A DNA stretch of 64,000 bases from a virus (lineage: Duplodnaviria > Caudoviricetes), in the IMG/VR virus record IMGVR_UViG_3300048598_000287, positions 32,001 to 96,000 of that record. One strand, 5' to 3'. Position 1 is the first letter of the stretch. Each line of letters begins with the position of its first letter. A program made the translations under genes and the position numbers. Below, piece after piece: positions 1 through 9,569 of this stretch. The notes under the pieces were generated by a model. The model was not told the origin of the DNA and made no database searches. It saw only the letters and a list, made by a program, of their open reading frames with translations.

Positions 1-360
1 ACAGCTAAAAAACACATCTACTTCATCACCACCGACACAGGCTCCCACCTCGTCATAGGTCATACCATCAATCTCTCCGCAAAGGAATACACCGCGGTCA
101 ACATCTTCTCCCCGTATTCCGCGGTCAAAACCGAAAACATCACCATCCTCACTTCCAAGATCAACACCGTCGAATCCCTCTCCCCGGAAGAAGCCACAGA
201 ATTCATCTGCATCAAATTCCCGTCCTTCCAGGAAGAATCGTGGGAATTCTGCAAGGAAATCAGATCCTACCGCAAAACCCACCACCCCGCATCCAAATCG
301 GACATCCTCTCCATCATCAAATACATATTCCCCGATCAATCAACAAAGGAATCCGTATGA
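1..360 (+). CDS. Hypothetical protein, 5' truncated
   Basis: Frame 1 open from base 1 (TAKKHIYFITTD...) to TGA at 358-360, overlapping the next ATG (ATGA); not in the ORF track because the start is missing. Confidence 0.7.
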   Translation, partial: TAKKHIYFITTDTGSHLVIGHTINLSAKEYTAVNIFSPYSAVKTENITILTSKINTVESLSPEEATEFICIKFPSFQEESWEFCKEIRSYRKTHHPASKSDILSIIKYIFPDQSTKESV

Positions 361-656
361 AAAAACCCGTCTCCGCACTCGTCATCGCACCGGACTGGAA
401 ATCCGCCGTCCAATGGACCAAGTCATTCTCCAAAAATAACTACGAATCCAGAATGAATAAATCCGGAATCTGGTTCTCCAGACCCCCGTGCTTCCTCTCC
501 ACGACGGGAACACCCGTCTCCAGCCTCGATCCGAAATCCATCTCGGACGCCCAGGCAGTCATCACTCAATACCACCTCCATGACGTATCCGACAAACTCA
601 TGGTCCTTAAACAATTCTCGCATTCCCTCGCATGGAATGTCAAACTCTTCCTCTAG
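357..656 (+). CDS. Hypothetical protein
   Basis: MKKPVSALV start preceded by AAGGA and coupled to the upstream stop; same C-rich codon usage as neighbours. Confidence 0.65.
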   Translation: MKKPVSALVIAPDWKSAVQWTKSFSKNNYESRMNKSGIWFSRPPCFLSTTGTPVSSLDPKSISDAQAVITQYHLHDVSDKLMVLKQFSHSLAWNVKLFL

Positions 657-668
657 GAGATATATAAT

Positions 669-881
669 ATGAAAAACCTCTTCTTCAGCCTCCTCAGCGT
701 CACCGCAGGACTCATCGCCATCGCCATCCTCGCTGGCGGATGCTTCGTCATCATCCCCCAGATCATCTCCCCGGACCACTCCAGGGTTGATCAGGACTAC
801 TGCCACCCCGCAAAGAACATCACCCAGGACGGAACAACAACCCCAGATGATAAACCATTCATCCCCACACCCCGTAACTGA
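669..881 (+). CDS. Small membrane-anchored protein
   Basis: AGGAG RBS; hydrophobic N-terminal helix. Confidence 0.65.
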   Translation: MKNLFFSLLSVTAGLIAIAILAGGCFVIIPQIISPDHSRVDQDYCHPAKNITQDGTTTPDDKPFIPTPRN

Positions 882-891
882 TAGATATATA

Positions 892-927
892 AATCGGCTA
901 GCTGCTTAAACTAGCCGATTATTTTTT
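892..927 (+). terminator. Intrinsic terminator
   Basis: AATCGGCTAG-loop-CTAGCCGATT followed by a T run. Confidence 0.7.
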
Positions 928-1070
928 CCATTTTTTATCCATCCTATCCCATCACCCTATCTCCGCATCCTCTCCCATATATTTTTTTTCATTTTTTTCC
1001 CCAATATATCCGAATTAATTATCTATATTATATTCTAACATATCATATCCATGTCAAAAGGAGGCATCAT

Positions 1071-1367
1071 ATGAAACTCACTCCTGAACTTATAGCCAAG
1101 GAATTGGAAGACGCATCGGACTCGCTCGAACATCATGCTCAAACAACATATATGGAATACCTCGCGAACATGGCTTCTTATATCCGCGTTGATACCAGAT
1201 ATGCTTCATGCACCATCAAACTGGACGGACTGACCATCCACTCCGACACCCGTTCCGTATCTTCCGAAACAATGAAGGCAACCTTCTCCACCCATGCGGA
1301 AAATGCCCTCGTACACTACTTCGTCCACTTCCTCGCCAACACATACAATAAACTCTCCATCTCCTGA
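1071..1367 (+). CDS. Hypothetical protein
   Basis: AGGAGG RBS, 98 aa. Confidence 0.7.
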   Translation: MKLTPELIAKELEDASDSLEHHAQTTYMEYLANMASYIRVDTRYASCTIKLDGLTIHSDTRSVSSETMKATFSTHAENALVHYFVHFLANTYNKLSIS

Positions 1368-1377
1368 TTCAACTATC

Positions 1378-1406
1378 TTGCTTTATCACAATTAATTATC
1401 TATATT
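1378..1406 (+). promoter_or_regulatory. Sigma70-type promoter
   Basis: TTGCTT-17 nt-TATATT upstream of 1438. Confidence 0.6.
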
Positions 1407-1437
1407 ATATCCATATCATCCATAGCAAGGAAACAAT

Positions 1438-2421
1438 ATGATAACCACTCTCACGCCCGATAAGCAATACCGCATCCGTATGCTCAGAGACACAATGTTC
1501 CATTCATCAGGAATCATCCATAGGGGAACATACCTCGTCATTTCCTCTTATATAGAACACCCGCATGGAATCTGTAAATGGATGGCTAAATACGGCGAAT
1601 ATAACCTCCTCTTCAACCCGGAAGACATCAACTCAATGTTCACCGTCACCGAAGAAATCAACGCGGTCAATGACTTCAATAAAATGATCGCTGAAGACAG
1701 AAAGGACGCCGAATCCTTCCTCCATAACTTCTCATTAAAGGAACTCAGGGATACCGCATCCGGTCTCCTCGCATCCGCCAAAGCCTTACGTAAACTATTC
1801 AAGAAAACCGATAAATTCGACCTCTATTCCCTCGCTAACTCCCTCGCCAACTCATTCCGGAAAGAATTCGGCATCTATCTCCCGGAACTCGCTAAATTCT
1901 CCGATGCTTCACCATATGAAACATCAAGGACCAGATGCATATCCATCTCCGCTAACCTCATCGCCATCTTCGACATATCCGCCCAGATCATCGCCAAATC
2001 CCCCTTCGACCAACACTCCATGGAAACCATCTCCTATATCCTCTCCCTTGCCGATGCCGATCCTTCCGAAGACCTCATCATCAAAACAGATACCGATAAC
2101 ATCCTCACTTTCCTCTCCATCCATGAAAAAACCACCATCGCTAAAGATACCGACATGAATGTCATCCTCGGCTTCTCTATGAAAACCCCCTCCGGAACCC
2201 TCATCGCTTCCGGTAACGCCATCTCCCTCGACAATCTCGATCCCGTCTCAACTAAAGTCATCAAAGATACCGCAGTCTTCAAATACTCCGGCTCAAATAT
2301 CTCCGTCCTCCTTAAACAATCCGGTGACCTGGCCATCATAGACATGTCAGCAAAAAAATACCTCTCTAAATCAACAATCCCCATTGCTCTAGCTAAACAT
2401 ATATACGAAAAATACATCTGA
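1438..2421 (+). CDS. Hypothetical protein
   Basis: 327-aa ORF with AAGGA RBS. Confidence 0.75.
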   Translation: MITTLTPDKQYRIRMLRDTMFHSSGIIHRGTYLVISSYIEHPHGICKWMAKYGEYNLLFNPEDINSMFTVTEEINAVNDFNKMIAEDRKDAESFLHNFSLKELRDTASGLLASAKALRKLFKKTDKFDLYSLANSLANSFRKEFGIYLPELAKFSDASPYETSRTRCISISANLIAIFDISAQIIAKSPFDQHSMETISYILSLADADPSEDLIIKTDTDNILTFLSIHEKTTIAKDTDMNVILGFSMKTPSGTLIASGNAISLDNLDPVSTKVIKDTAVFKYSGSNISVLLKQSGDLAIIDMSAKKYLSKSTIPIALAKHIYEKYI

Positions 2422-2696
2422 TGTATACCGGCGTATGATATAATGAATATTTTTTTTAATTTTTTATCAACCGAGGTAAATTAACCATAGGAAATCTATA
2501 AACAACTTATAAACTACACTAGCGTAACGGTCATGATAACCGGTTGATACACGCATATTAAGCTACACAGATCCGCCACATATTTCGCAGAATCTATCAA
2601 AATAGCTAATTAATTATCAATAATATCCAGAAGTAATTGCAACACGTCCGAAATCCATGGCGCATCCGTATAGAAGCATACGGGAATCATTTCATA

Positions 2697-3170
2697 TCAG
2701 GTGCAGATGCCAAGGACATAGTCATAGTATTGGTCCACATTCAGGTCTGCCAGGGAAGTATGACATGCGGTACGGAGGGTGTAGAGTCTGTTTGGGCATG
2801 GTAGTTCGTCGAACTGTCTGAAGACGGGTCCGTTATCGTGCCAGTACGCCGTCGTCTTATCTGGGGGGTTTTTTGATATCGGTGTCAGGGCCAGGTTCAC
2901 GTCTGATGTAGTGGACAGTGACAGGTATTGTTCTATCCATTCTTCGCATAAGGCAGTGAACTGTTTTGAGAGGGTTTTCATAGCGGATTTATAGGTTTCC
3001 GGTATGGGCATGGCAAGTTCGAACAATGGATAGTGTGGGTATGGGAGTCCGAACATCGTTCTGGAGAGGCATTTGCATCTATACTTGGTCAACATGGTGA
3101 CATTCAGTCCGAGCTTGTTTACGGCAGGTTTCTTTGACATATTTGGTCCAGGGTTAAGATATATGTTCAT
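2697..3170 (-). CDS. Hypothetical protein
   Basis: 157-aa ORF overlapping the upstream gene. Confidence 0.6.
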   Translation of the reverse strand: MNIYLNPGPNMSKKPAVNKLGLNVTMLTKYRCKCLSRTMFGLPYPHYPLFELAMPIPETYKSAMKTLSKQFTALCEEWIEQYLSLSTTSDVNLALTPISKNPPDKTTAYWHDNGPVFRQFDELPCPNRLYTLRTACHTSLADLNVDQYYDYVLGICT

Positions 3171-3438
3171 CTATCTTTTCTTTAATCATGCAAGCGATTT
3201 CTTTTGCCGATTTGTTTCTTACGATGAGCTCATAATAGGACATCGGATCCACATTGATATCAATCATATCAGGGTCATAATAGATTACATATCCGTGAAT
3301 ATGGAATTCTTGGTGCAGGTCGTCAGCTATTAAATCAGGATATGTTTTATATAATTCATATTTAAGATTCTCATATTTATCGGCGATAAGCAGATGTGCA
3401 ATGTGGCGCATCCATTTAAGAAAAGGGTTCTTTGTCAT
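3154..3438 (-). CDS. Hypothetical protein
   Basis: 94-aa ORF in the minus-strand operon. Confidence 0.6.
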   Translation of the reverse strand: MTKNPFLKWMRHIAHLLIADKYENLKYELYKTYPDLIADDLHQEFHIHGYVIYYDPDMIDINVDPMSYYELIVRNKSAKEIACMIKEKIDEHIS

Positions 3439-3490
3439 AGATGTTACGCCTCACGCATAGGATTTTCAGAGATGGGTTTCATATGGTTCC

Positions 3491-3584
3491 TTACATTATT
3501 CTTACATCTTTGAAATTGAACATGGGATTTAATGGCAGATCCCGGATCTTTTTGGCATATTCGGTACGTCTGGGTGAGTTTCAT
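3491..3584 (-). pseudogene. Internally deleted fourth copy of the LWDWLAKHP family
   Basis: ATG AAA CTC ACC (MKLT) joined out of frame to RRTEYAKKIRDLPLNPMFNFKDV, the family C-terminus. Confidence 0.65.
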
Positions 3585-3979
3585 ACGGAATCCTTGAAAT
3601 TATACATCGGGTTCAGGTTCATATCTCGGATCAGCATTGCATATTCCCTTCGTTTGGCATTGTCATAAGATCCTGGTCCATGGGAATTTATATATTTATT
3701 ATATAGTCCATTAAGACAAAGAGAATGAGTATTATGTATTAGTGGGCAAAATGAACAGAATAAGGTTTTCACATCTGGATCCAAGCCGTCTTTGACTTTG
3801 GTAACATAATCACAGGCATAGCACCCGGCTTCTGGAATTTCGTGTATGCAATGAATATTAAAATAATCGTCTTTATTCTTAGCCGGGTGTTTGGCGAGCC
3901 AATCCCACAGTTCATAGTGAAGGTCGTGTCTGAATGTGATGTCTTTTATCTTATCGAGCTGTTTATTTGAAAGTTTCAT
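3581..3979 (-). CDS. Cys-rich LWDWLAKHP family protein (paralog 1)
   Basis: CYAC...CSFCP...C pattern; paralogous to 3976-4356 and 5257-5646. Confidence 0.8.
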   Translation of the reverse strand: MKLSNKQLDKIKDITFRHDLHYELWDWLAKHPAKNKDDYFNIHCIHEIPEAGCYACDYVTKVKDGLDPDVKTLFCSFCPLIHNTHSLCLNGLYNKYINSHGPGSYDNAKRREYAMLIRDMNLNPMYNFKDSV

Positions 3980-4356
3980 ACGGAATCCTTGAAATTATAC
4001 ATCGGGTTCAGTTCCATGTCGCGGATCAACATTGCATATTTGTGTTTATCGTCTCTGGTGGCAGATGCGTATAGAGGATATATCCCATTAAGGCAAAACT
4101 TATCAAGGCTAGCATTAAAGGGGCAAAACAGGCAGGGATGTTTTCTAAAGGATGGATTCAATATTCCTTGAACTTTAATAGCGTAATCACAGGCATAGCT
4201 TGTCTGGTATGGAATTTTTCTAGGAATATGAAACTTAAAATACGCCAATACATCTTTATCGGGGTGTTTGGCAAGCCAGTCCCACAATTCATAGTGAAGG
4301 TCATGACGGAAAGTGATGTCTTTTATCTTATCGAGCTGTTTATTTGTGAGTTTCAT
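3976..4356 (-). CDS. Cys-rich LWDWLAKHP family protein (paralog 2)
   Basis: Start MKLTNK set by alignment with paralogs. Confidence 0.8.
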   Translation of the reverse strand: MKLTNKQLDKIKDITFRHDLHYELWDWLAKHPDKDVLAYFKFHIPRKIPYQTSYACDYAIKVQGILNPSFRKHPCLFCPFNASLDKFCLNGIYPLYASATRDDKHKYAMLIRDMELNPMYNFKDSV

Positions 4357-4750
4357 AGTTAATCCTATGTTCGGCGATTTTGCGTACAATCTCAAGTTGT
4401 TTTAACACTTCCTGAGCAATATCTGATAGGGAATGCCCATCTTTACCAATTAGTTCCAGATCCGTAATTCCGCCGTGTTTGCCCGATACATTAGACCATC
4501 TAATATCACTTAAAATAACAGAAGTTTCCGCTGGATCCGATTTGATAGTAAAAGAAATTGTTTCATATGGCGATACATTAGTAAGTATCAGGCAATCATC
4601 GAATGGTTCGGCTTGGGCGATACCATTCCAATAATCTCCAATATATGCTTCCCTTGATCGGGCATTGATATCATTTGCAAGGTTAGCATAGAACGCGGCA
4701 TCTGCAGTGGTTTCCATAGTGATCCTCATATTGACGGGTTTCTTTTCCAA
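4340..4750 (-). CDS. Hypothetical protein, paralog of 4800-5009
   Basis: MRITMETTADAAFYANLA vs MRIYMKTSTESEFYAKLA; shared ILTNVS/T motif. Confidence 0.7.
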   Translation of the reverse strand: MEKKPVNMRITMETTADAAFYANLANDINARSREAYIGDYWNGIAQAEPFDDCLILTNVSPYETISFTIKSDPAETSVILSDIRWSNVSGKHGGITDLELIGKDGHSLSDIAQEVLKQLEIVRKIAEHRINYETHK

Positions 4751-4799
4751 ATATAGTATATTTATTTCATTTTGGTATAGTTTAAACTTGAGGAAGGCA

Positions 4800-5009
4800 T
4801 TATTTTCCTGCTATGGCAGGCCATTTCACATCGGTTATCATGATGTGGATAATGGGAGATCCCTGGGAAATGGTCATGTTGGCGGTATAGTATGACGTTA
4901 CATTAGTGAGGATGGTACGTTCTTCAGATACATCGGTAATGGTGAACCATTCCTTAGCAAGTTTAGCATAGAACTCGGACTCGGTAGATGTTTTCATATA
5001 GATCCTCAT
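4800..5009 (-). CDS. Hypothetical protein, shorter paralog of 4340-4750
   Basis: See above. Confidence 0.6.
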   Translation of the reverse strand: MRIYMKTSTESEFYAKLAKEWFTITDVSEERTILTNVTSYYTANMTISQGSPIIHIMITDVKWPAIAGK

Positions 5010-5037
5010 GTTCGCTGACTGGCGGTATTCATTCTGT

Positions 5038-5241
5038 TCATATCATATGCTTCCGTTTATGGGCGATTAAATAGCCGAATAAATAATTTATTTTAGTTGA
5101 GCGATTGCCATTGACGGCATCTTTTGACAGGGCGGTTATTTCGTCGTGCAGGTTTATTTCTGCGTCATCATTGAAGTTGATGCTTAAAAACGGGATGGAC
5201 GACAGCGGCTTCTCGGAGAATTCAACTATGTTTCTTTGCAT
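5038..5241 (-). CDS. Hypothetical protein
   Basis: 67-aa ORF in operon context. Confidence 0.5.
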   Translation of the reverse strand: MQRNIVEFSEKPLSSIPFLSINFNDDAEINLHDEITALSKDAVNGNRSTKINYLFGYLIAHKRKHMI

Positions 5242-5256
5242 ACCATATAGTTTTCA

Positions 5257-5646
5257 TCAACAATCTTCGAAATTATACATCGGGTTCAGTTTCATATCCC
5301 TGATTTGTTTAGCATATTCTGCACGTTTATCAACAGTTCCATTAAACCAGTCGTCATACTTGCCATTTAGGCAGAGATCGCTAGTTCTACTATCAAGCTT
5401 AAACGGGCAGAAGTCACAGCGGGGATGTCTACATTTAGTATTCAAAATAGCTCTTACTTTAATGGCATAATCACAAGCATGGCATACAGCATCTCCTGCA
5501 TACTTCAACTCGTCAGGAAACTGCGCAAAATAATGCGATTTACAGTGCCACGGATGTTTGGCTAGCCAATCCCATAGCTTATAATGCAAATCATACCGGA
5601 AAGGAATATCTTTGATTTTATCAAGTTGTTCACTTGTTAATTTCAT
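5257..5646 (-). CDS. Cys-rich LWDWLAKHP family protein (paralog 3)
   Basis: CHAC...CDFCP...C; AAGGA RBS. Confidence 0.8.
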   Translation of the reverse strand: MKLTSEQLDKIKDIPFRYDLHYKLWDWLAKHPWHCKSHYFAQFPDELKYAGDAVCHACDYAIKVRAILNTKCRHPRCDFCPFKLDSRTSDLCLNGKYDDWFNGTVDKRAEYAKQIRDMKLNPMYNFEDC

Positions 5647-5724
5647 GATAACTATCCTTATAAGAAGTAAGCGGCGGAGTTTCCCGTTACGCTATTTATT
5701 GAAATATAGCTGATTATTAGATTA

Positions 5725-5925
5725 TCAACCGCCGCCAATAACATAATCGGAAAAATTTTCATATTCATGTATCGATAATCTACCCCAGTCATCGGGTTCA
5801 CGGCCCATCTTCTGCCTTATTTGTTCCATAGCTTCTTCTAGATCAGGTGCTATGGCAAATGCCAAGCCACATGTATAATCAGGGCAAAACTCATCCCATA
5901 CAAATAGCCGTAATTTACGTTTCAT
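5725..5925 (-). CDS. Hypothetical protein (LRLFVW domain)
   Basis: Homologous to the C-terminal half of 17884-18306. Confidence 0.7.
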   Translation of the reverse strand: MKRKLRLFVWDEFCPDYTCGLAFAIAPDLEEAMEQIRQKMGREPDDWGRLSIHEYENFSDYVIGGG

Positions 5926-5948
5926 CGTTATATTCCTTCATTATGGTT

Positions 5949-6431
5949 TTAATTCTGATTGGATTGTGATCTTTTAATCGCATCCCGAATTGTAGTAATG
6001 GATGCCGTACCAATCTTTAGTACATCTTTACCATCTATTTCCAGCAAAGAATCAGGTACTTGGTCATCTATGAGTAGAAATTCACCGGAGTTGTACTGAT
6101 TCTGGATATATGCTCTAAATGCTTCTGCTTTAGTATAGAAGTCTGACAATTCGGGATTATCAATATGTCGTCCTTCATGACCATTTTTATTCAAAATGGG
6201 TATCAACTCTTCTCTACTTTGAACGATATTAACTTTTTTACCGAAAAAAGACTCTATTTTAGGTCTGATCGACGTATTAAATAGATCCATATCTTCTTGA
6301 TTATAAATTGCGAATGTAAACAAATCTATACAATCCAATTGGTCTATTATTGGTTTAAGATCCGCAAAAATCTCAGGATTAAACCAAGAATCTATCAAAA
6401 CACCTTCTAGATCAAAAAACATGTGGTTCAT
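5949..6431 (-). CDS. HAD-superfamily hydrolase-like protein
   Basis: FFDLEGVL motif I variant; LIDD motif IV. Confidence 0.6.
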   Translation of the reverse strand: MNHMFFDLEGVLIDSWFNPEIFADLKPIIDQLDCIDLFTFAIYNQEDMDLFNTSIRPKIESFFGKKVNIVQSREELIPILNKNGHEGRHIDNPELSDFYTKAEAFRAYIQNQYNSGEFLLIDDQVPDSLLEIDGKDVLKIGTASITTIRDAIKRSQSNQN

Positions 6432-6494
6432 ATTTACCTCTTGATGTTAATATAGTAAATGGTCATGCGTTTAACAAGGGGATAACTACATTAA

Positions 6495-6896
6495 TTAAGT
6501 CTCTTTGAGATATTTAGAATTAATCCGGTTGCCATTAGAATCGTATTCGGCACAATATACGTATCCAGTGGAATGTTTTCTACGAATAATATTTCCTTTA
6601 GAATCATACCAGTCTTCTGATCCATTTGATGCCTTATAATGAACAAGTCGGCCCTGCTCATCATATTCATACCATTCTTTTAATCCGTCTGAATACTTCT
6701 TACGAATCATACGTCCATTAGAATCGTACCACTCTTCATATCCATCCGAATCCTTAGTATGGATCAGTTTTCCATCAAAATACCATCGTTCGTATCCAGA
6801 ATTATCCTTATCCCGAATAAGTTTCCCCTGGTATTCGGAAATCTTCCCACGGATCATTGAGATAGCATTTAGGATCTTGCTTATGATATGATTCAT
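6495..6896 (-). CDS. WYD-repeat (YD/MORN-like) protein
   Basis: Repeats of WYDxxGxxIHxKxSDG. Confidence 0.8.
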   Translation of the reverse strand: MNHIISKILNAISMIRGKISEYQGKLIRDKDNSGYERWYFDGKLIHTKDSDGYEEWYDSNGRMIRKKYSDGLKEWYEYDEQGRLVHYKASNGSEDWYDSKGNIIRRKHSTGYVYCAEYDSNGNRINSKYLKET

Positions 6897-6900
6897 TTAA

Positions 6901-7863
6901 TTAACTTCTTGTATTTTTACCTTTACTATTGACATCATAAAAATATTCGGTCCCGTCTGACCATTTTTCATGAATACTATTCCCATTGGCATCATTCCAA
7001 ATTTCAGAGCCATCGTAAAATTTGGTGTAAATACGGTTTCCTTGGTCATCATAGTCATACCAATATTCATCTCCAACGGAATCCTTATAATGAATCAGGT
7101 TTCTCTTATCATTGTATTCATACCACTTTTCTAATCCAGAATAATCCTTACAATGAATAAGATTTCTATTGGAATCATACCTCCATTCATCGCCATTAGA
7201 ATCCTTAGCATGAATAAGTTTACCTTTATTATCGAACCAGCTTTCAGCTCCTGTACTATCTTTCTTATGAATTACGTTGCCCTTAGCATCATACCATCGT
7301 TCTACTCCGTTGGGCCACTTCTCATGAATTATATTCTCATCGGAATCATACCAAAATTCATTACCATAGGAATTATTCACGTGAGTACCATTGATCGTTC
7401 CATTGGAATCATATTCATACCACTTATCTGCCCCGGTAGAATATTTTCTGTGAATAATATGCCTATCGGAATCAAACCAATATTCATCACCGTCGGAACA
7501 TATAGTGTGAATAGTATGTCCCTCAGCATCATATTCATGCCAACTCTCTAAGCCATCTTGATCCTTCTCATGAATCACGTTATTTTTATCATCATACCAT
7601 TTTTCAATTCCACCTGGAAATTTTGTATGAATGATGGTTCCCTTTGTATCGAACCATTCTTCGAATACATCGGAGAACTTAGTGTGAATCTTCTTCCCAT
7701 CTGAGTCATACTCATGCCAACGGTCAACACCATCTGAATGCTTCATATAAATGGTATTACCATCTTTATCATACTCATACCATTCTTCGGAACCATCTGA
7801 CCACTTCGTATGAATATTGTTACCTTCGCCATCGGATTCGCATTGAGTTTTTGAAATTTGCAT
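6901..7863 (-). CDS. WYD-repeat (YD/MORN-like) protein
   Basis: Made almost entirely of ~21-23-aa WY(EY)DxxGxxIHxKxSxG repeats. Confidence 0.85.
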   Translation of the reverse strand: MQISKTQCESDGEGNNIHTKWSDGSEEWYEYDKDGNTIYMKHSDGVDRWHEYDSDGKKIHTKFSDVFEEWFDTKGTIIHTKFPGGIEKWYDDKNNVIHEKDQDGLESWHEYDAEGHTIHTICSDGDEYWFDSDRHIIHRKYSTGADKWYEYDSNGTINGTHVNNSYGNEFWYDSDENIIHEKWPNGVERWYDAKGNVIHKKDSTGAESWFDNKGKLIHAKDSNGDEWRYDSNRNLIHCKDYSGLEKWYEYNDKRNLIHYKDSVGDEYWYDYDDQGNRIYTKFYDGSEIWNDANGNSIHEKWSDGTEYFYDVNSKGKNTRS

Positions 7864-8110
7864 ATTATTCTCCTATATTAATCAAATATAGTCAATTCGA
7901 TTGCGTTTCGCAATTATAAATGAAAATAATTGTTTTTTATCATTTTAACTAATCATATATGACTTAATACCCATATTTTATTACTTAAGTACTCATATAT
8001 GAATAATATAACCTTTCTAATTGATCTTAATCTTTTTCATTATTCCATATACAATTGGCATAAAATATTTTCACGGGCGCATCATCTATACTGATTCATC
8101 ATTTCTATCT

Positions 8111-8242
8111 GTCTAACATTGTTTTAACCTGCATTTGTGTTTTTTGCGCAGCAAAAAATTGGCGTAAAACTTGTGTGAAAAATCCGCAGGCTTTAGCACG
8201 TTTTATGACAAAACAAATGTCAGGTTGAAAACTGTGTTGGTT
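8111..8242 (-). mobile_element. Integron attC site, Treponema-like
   Basis: Minus strand: AACCAAC...TTTTCAACCTGACATTTGT...ACAAATGCAGGTTAAAAC...GTTAGAC; imperfect palindrome with two extrahelical bases and a GTTRRRY core, just downstream of the MTase stop. Confidence 0.8.
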
Positions 8243-8267
8243 GTTTTTTATGCAAGCAAAAATGTTT

Positions 8268-9164
8268 TTAATTCTTTTCAATATCAGATAATCGCTTTAG
8301 TGTCGTTTTATAATACTCTTTGTCTTGTTCAATCCCAATATACTTACGATGCAGCTTTAATGCTGCAACAAGTGTCGTCCCGCTACCACAAAACGGGTCT
8401 ACGACGATTTGATTTTCTGTTGTTGTTAATTCAATTAATAATTCCATAAGTTTTAATGGTTTTTGTGTCGGATGCAGTCCAGTATCAGAAGAGGAGGAAG
8501 AAATTGATATAATATTATTTGGATCAAGTCCATACTTAGCAAAAACCTTTTCATTATAGGCACCTACTTCATATTCAAGCATGTTGTCTGCTAAAGTACC
8601 TCCTATTTTATAAGGCTTCTGAAACCAAAGAATAGGCTCAAAAACAGGACGTAAATTTCCAAGTTTCCATCCTTCCCATTTTTCTGCAGACCCCTTATCT
8701 TCTCTTCGTTCATAAACAACACTTATTCTTTGTGCGCGATGAGCAGCTTTCACTTTATCCCAGGCGATCATATCTTTAAATGTAAATCCAGCATCTTCAA
8801 AAGCACATATACAACGAGGGGCAAGTCTTCGACCTGCAAAAACAAAAGCACTTGCACCAGGCTTTAAAACTCTATACCAATCAAACACCCATTCGGAAAC
8901 CCATTCATAATACTGCTTAGCAATCAGTTTATCTTCTTCTGACCATCCATTTAATGGCTTACCTCTTTTTTTAAATATATTACCTGCCTTTTCTTGTGCA
9001 GGACTTGAACCTAGTAATGCACTGTTTGTATTTGTATGCAAAACATCCCACGAATCGAAACTGATACCGTATGGTATATCACTTAAAATTAAATGAACTG
9101 AATTATCTTCAAGTTCTTTCATTTTCTGAATTGAATCAGCACAATAGACAGAATCAAATTTCAT
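8268..9164 (-). CDS. Beta-class N6-adenine DNA methyltransferase, M.HindIII-like
   Basis: SDIPY and DPFCGSGTT motifs; FKKRGKPLNGWSE, HRAQRIS and LRPVFEPILWFQKPY segments recalled from M.HindIII. Confidence 0.9.
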   Translation of the reverse strand: MKFDSVYCADSIQKMKELEDNSVHLILSDIPYGISFDSWDVLHTNTNSALLGSSPAQEKAGNIFKKRGKPLNGWSEEDKLIAKQYYEWVSEWVFDWYRVLKPGASAFVFAGRRLAPRCICAFEDAGFTFKDMIAWDKVKAAHRAQRISVVYERREDKGSAEKWEGWKLGNLRPVFEPILWFQKPYKIGGTLADNMLEYEVGAYNEKVFAKYGLDPNNIISISSSSSDTGLHPTQKPLKLMELLIELTTTENQIVVDPFCGSGTTLVAALKLHRKYIGIEQDKEYYKTTLKRLSDIEKN

Positions 9165-9210
9165 TTTAGCCTCTCAATGAATTTGTGAATTTAGTTATTG
9201 CTGGCATCTT

Positions 9211-9569
9211 GTACTTCGAATAGCTTATCGAACGTTTTCTTTTCATAAGTGCCTTACTTTTCAGCCTTCATAAGAATATTAGTAAATACCATCAATCCGG
9301 CAAAGAATAATCCTAATAGCATTATTACAACTAGCCAGCCAGATAATTCATTGGCCACTTGTATATTATTTAATAGCAGGTATAATCCCGTGCTAAGGGA
9401 TATAGACATCATCAAACTAGACATTACTAATTTCATATTGATTTCCTTAAGTTTTTACAATTAAATATACATAGAATTTATATTTTTCCACATGGTAAAT
9501 AGCAATATTGCTATTTACTTATCCAATGGGTTATAGTACCATGTATGATGTACTTCAGATATCCACTCA
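9211..9569. repeat. ~360-bp direct duplication of 12276-12634
   Basis: Near-identical sequence including a promoter region, the 60-aa membrane gene and the 3' end of 12580-13110. Confidence 0.9.
9254..9436 (-). CDS. Small two-TM membrane protein (copy 1)
   Basis: Two hydrophobic helices; near-identical to 12319-12501. Confidence 0.75.
   Translation of the reverse strand: MKLVMSSLMMSISLSTGLYLLLNNIQVANELSGWLVVIMLLGLFFAGLMVFTNILMKAEK

Noticed and set aside
423-806. Acidic minus-strand ORF and other antisense ORFs in the track
   Set aside because: Shadows of C-rich or repetitive genes on the opposite strand, which have RBS and operon context
6901-7863. Rhs polymorphic toxin
   Set aside because: No Rhs core or PxxxxDPxG motif, toxin tip or immunity gene
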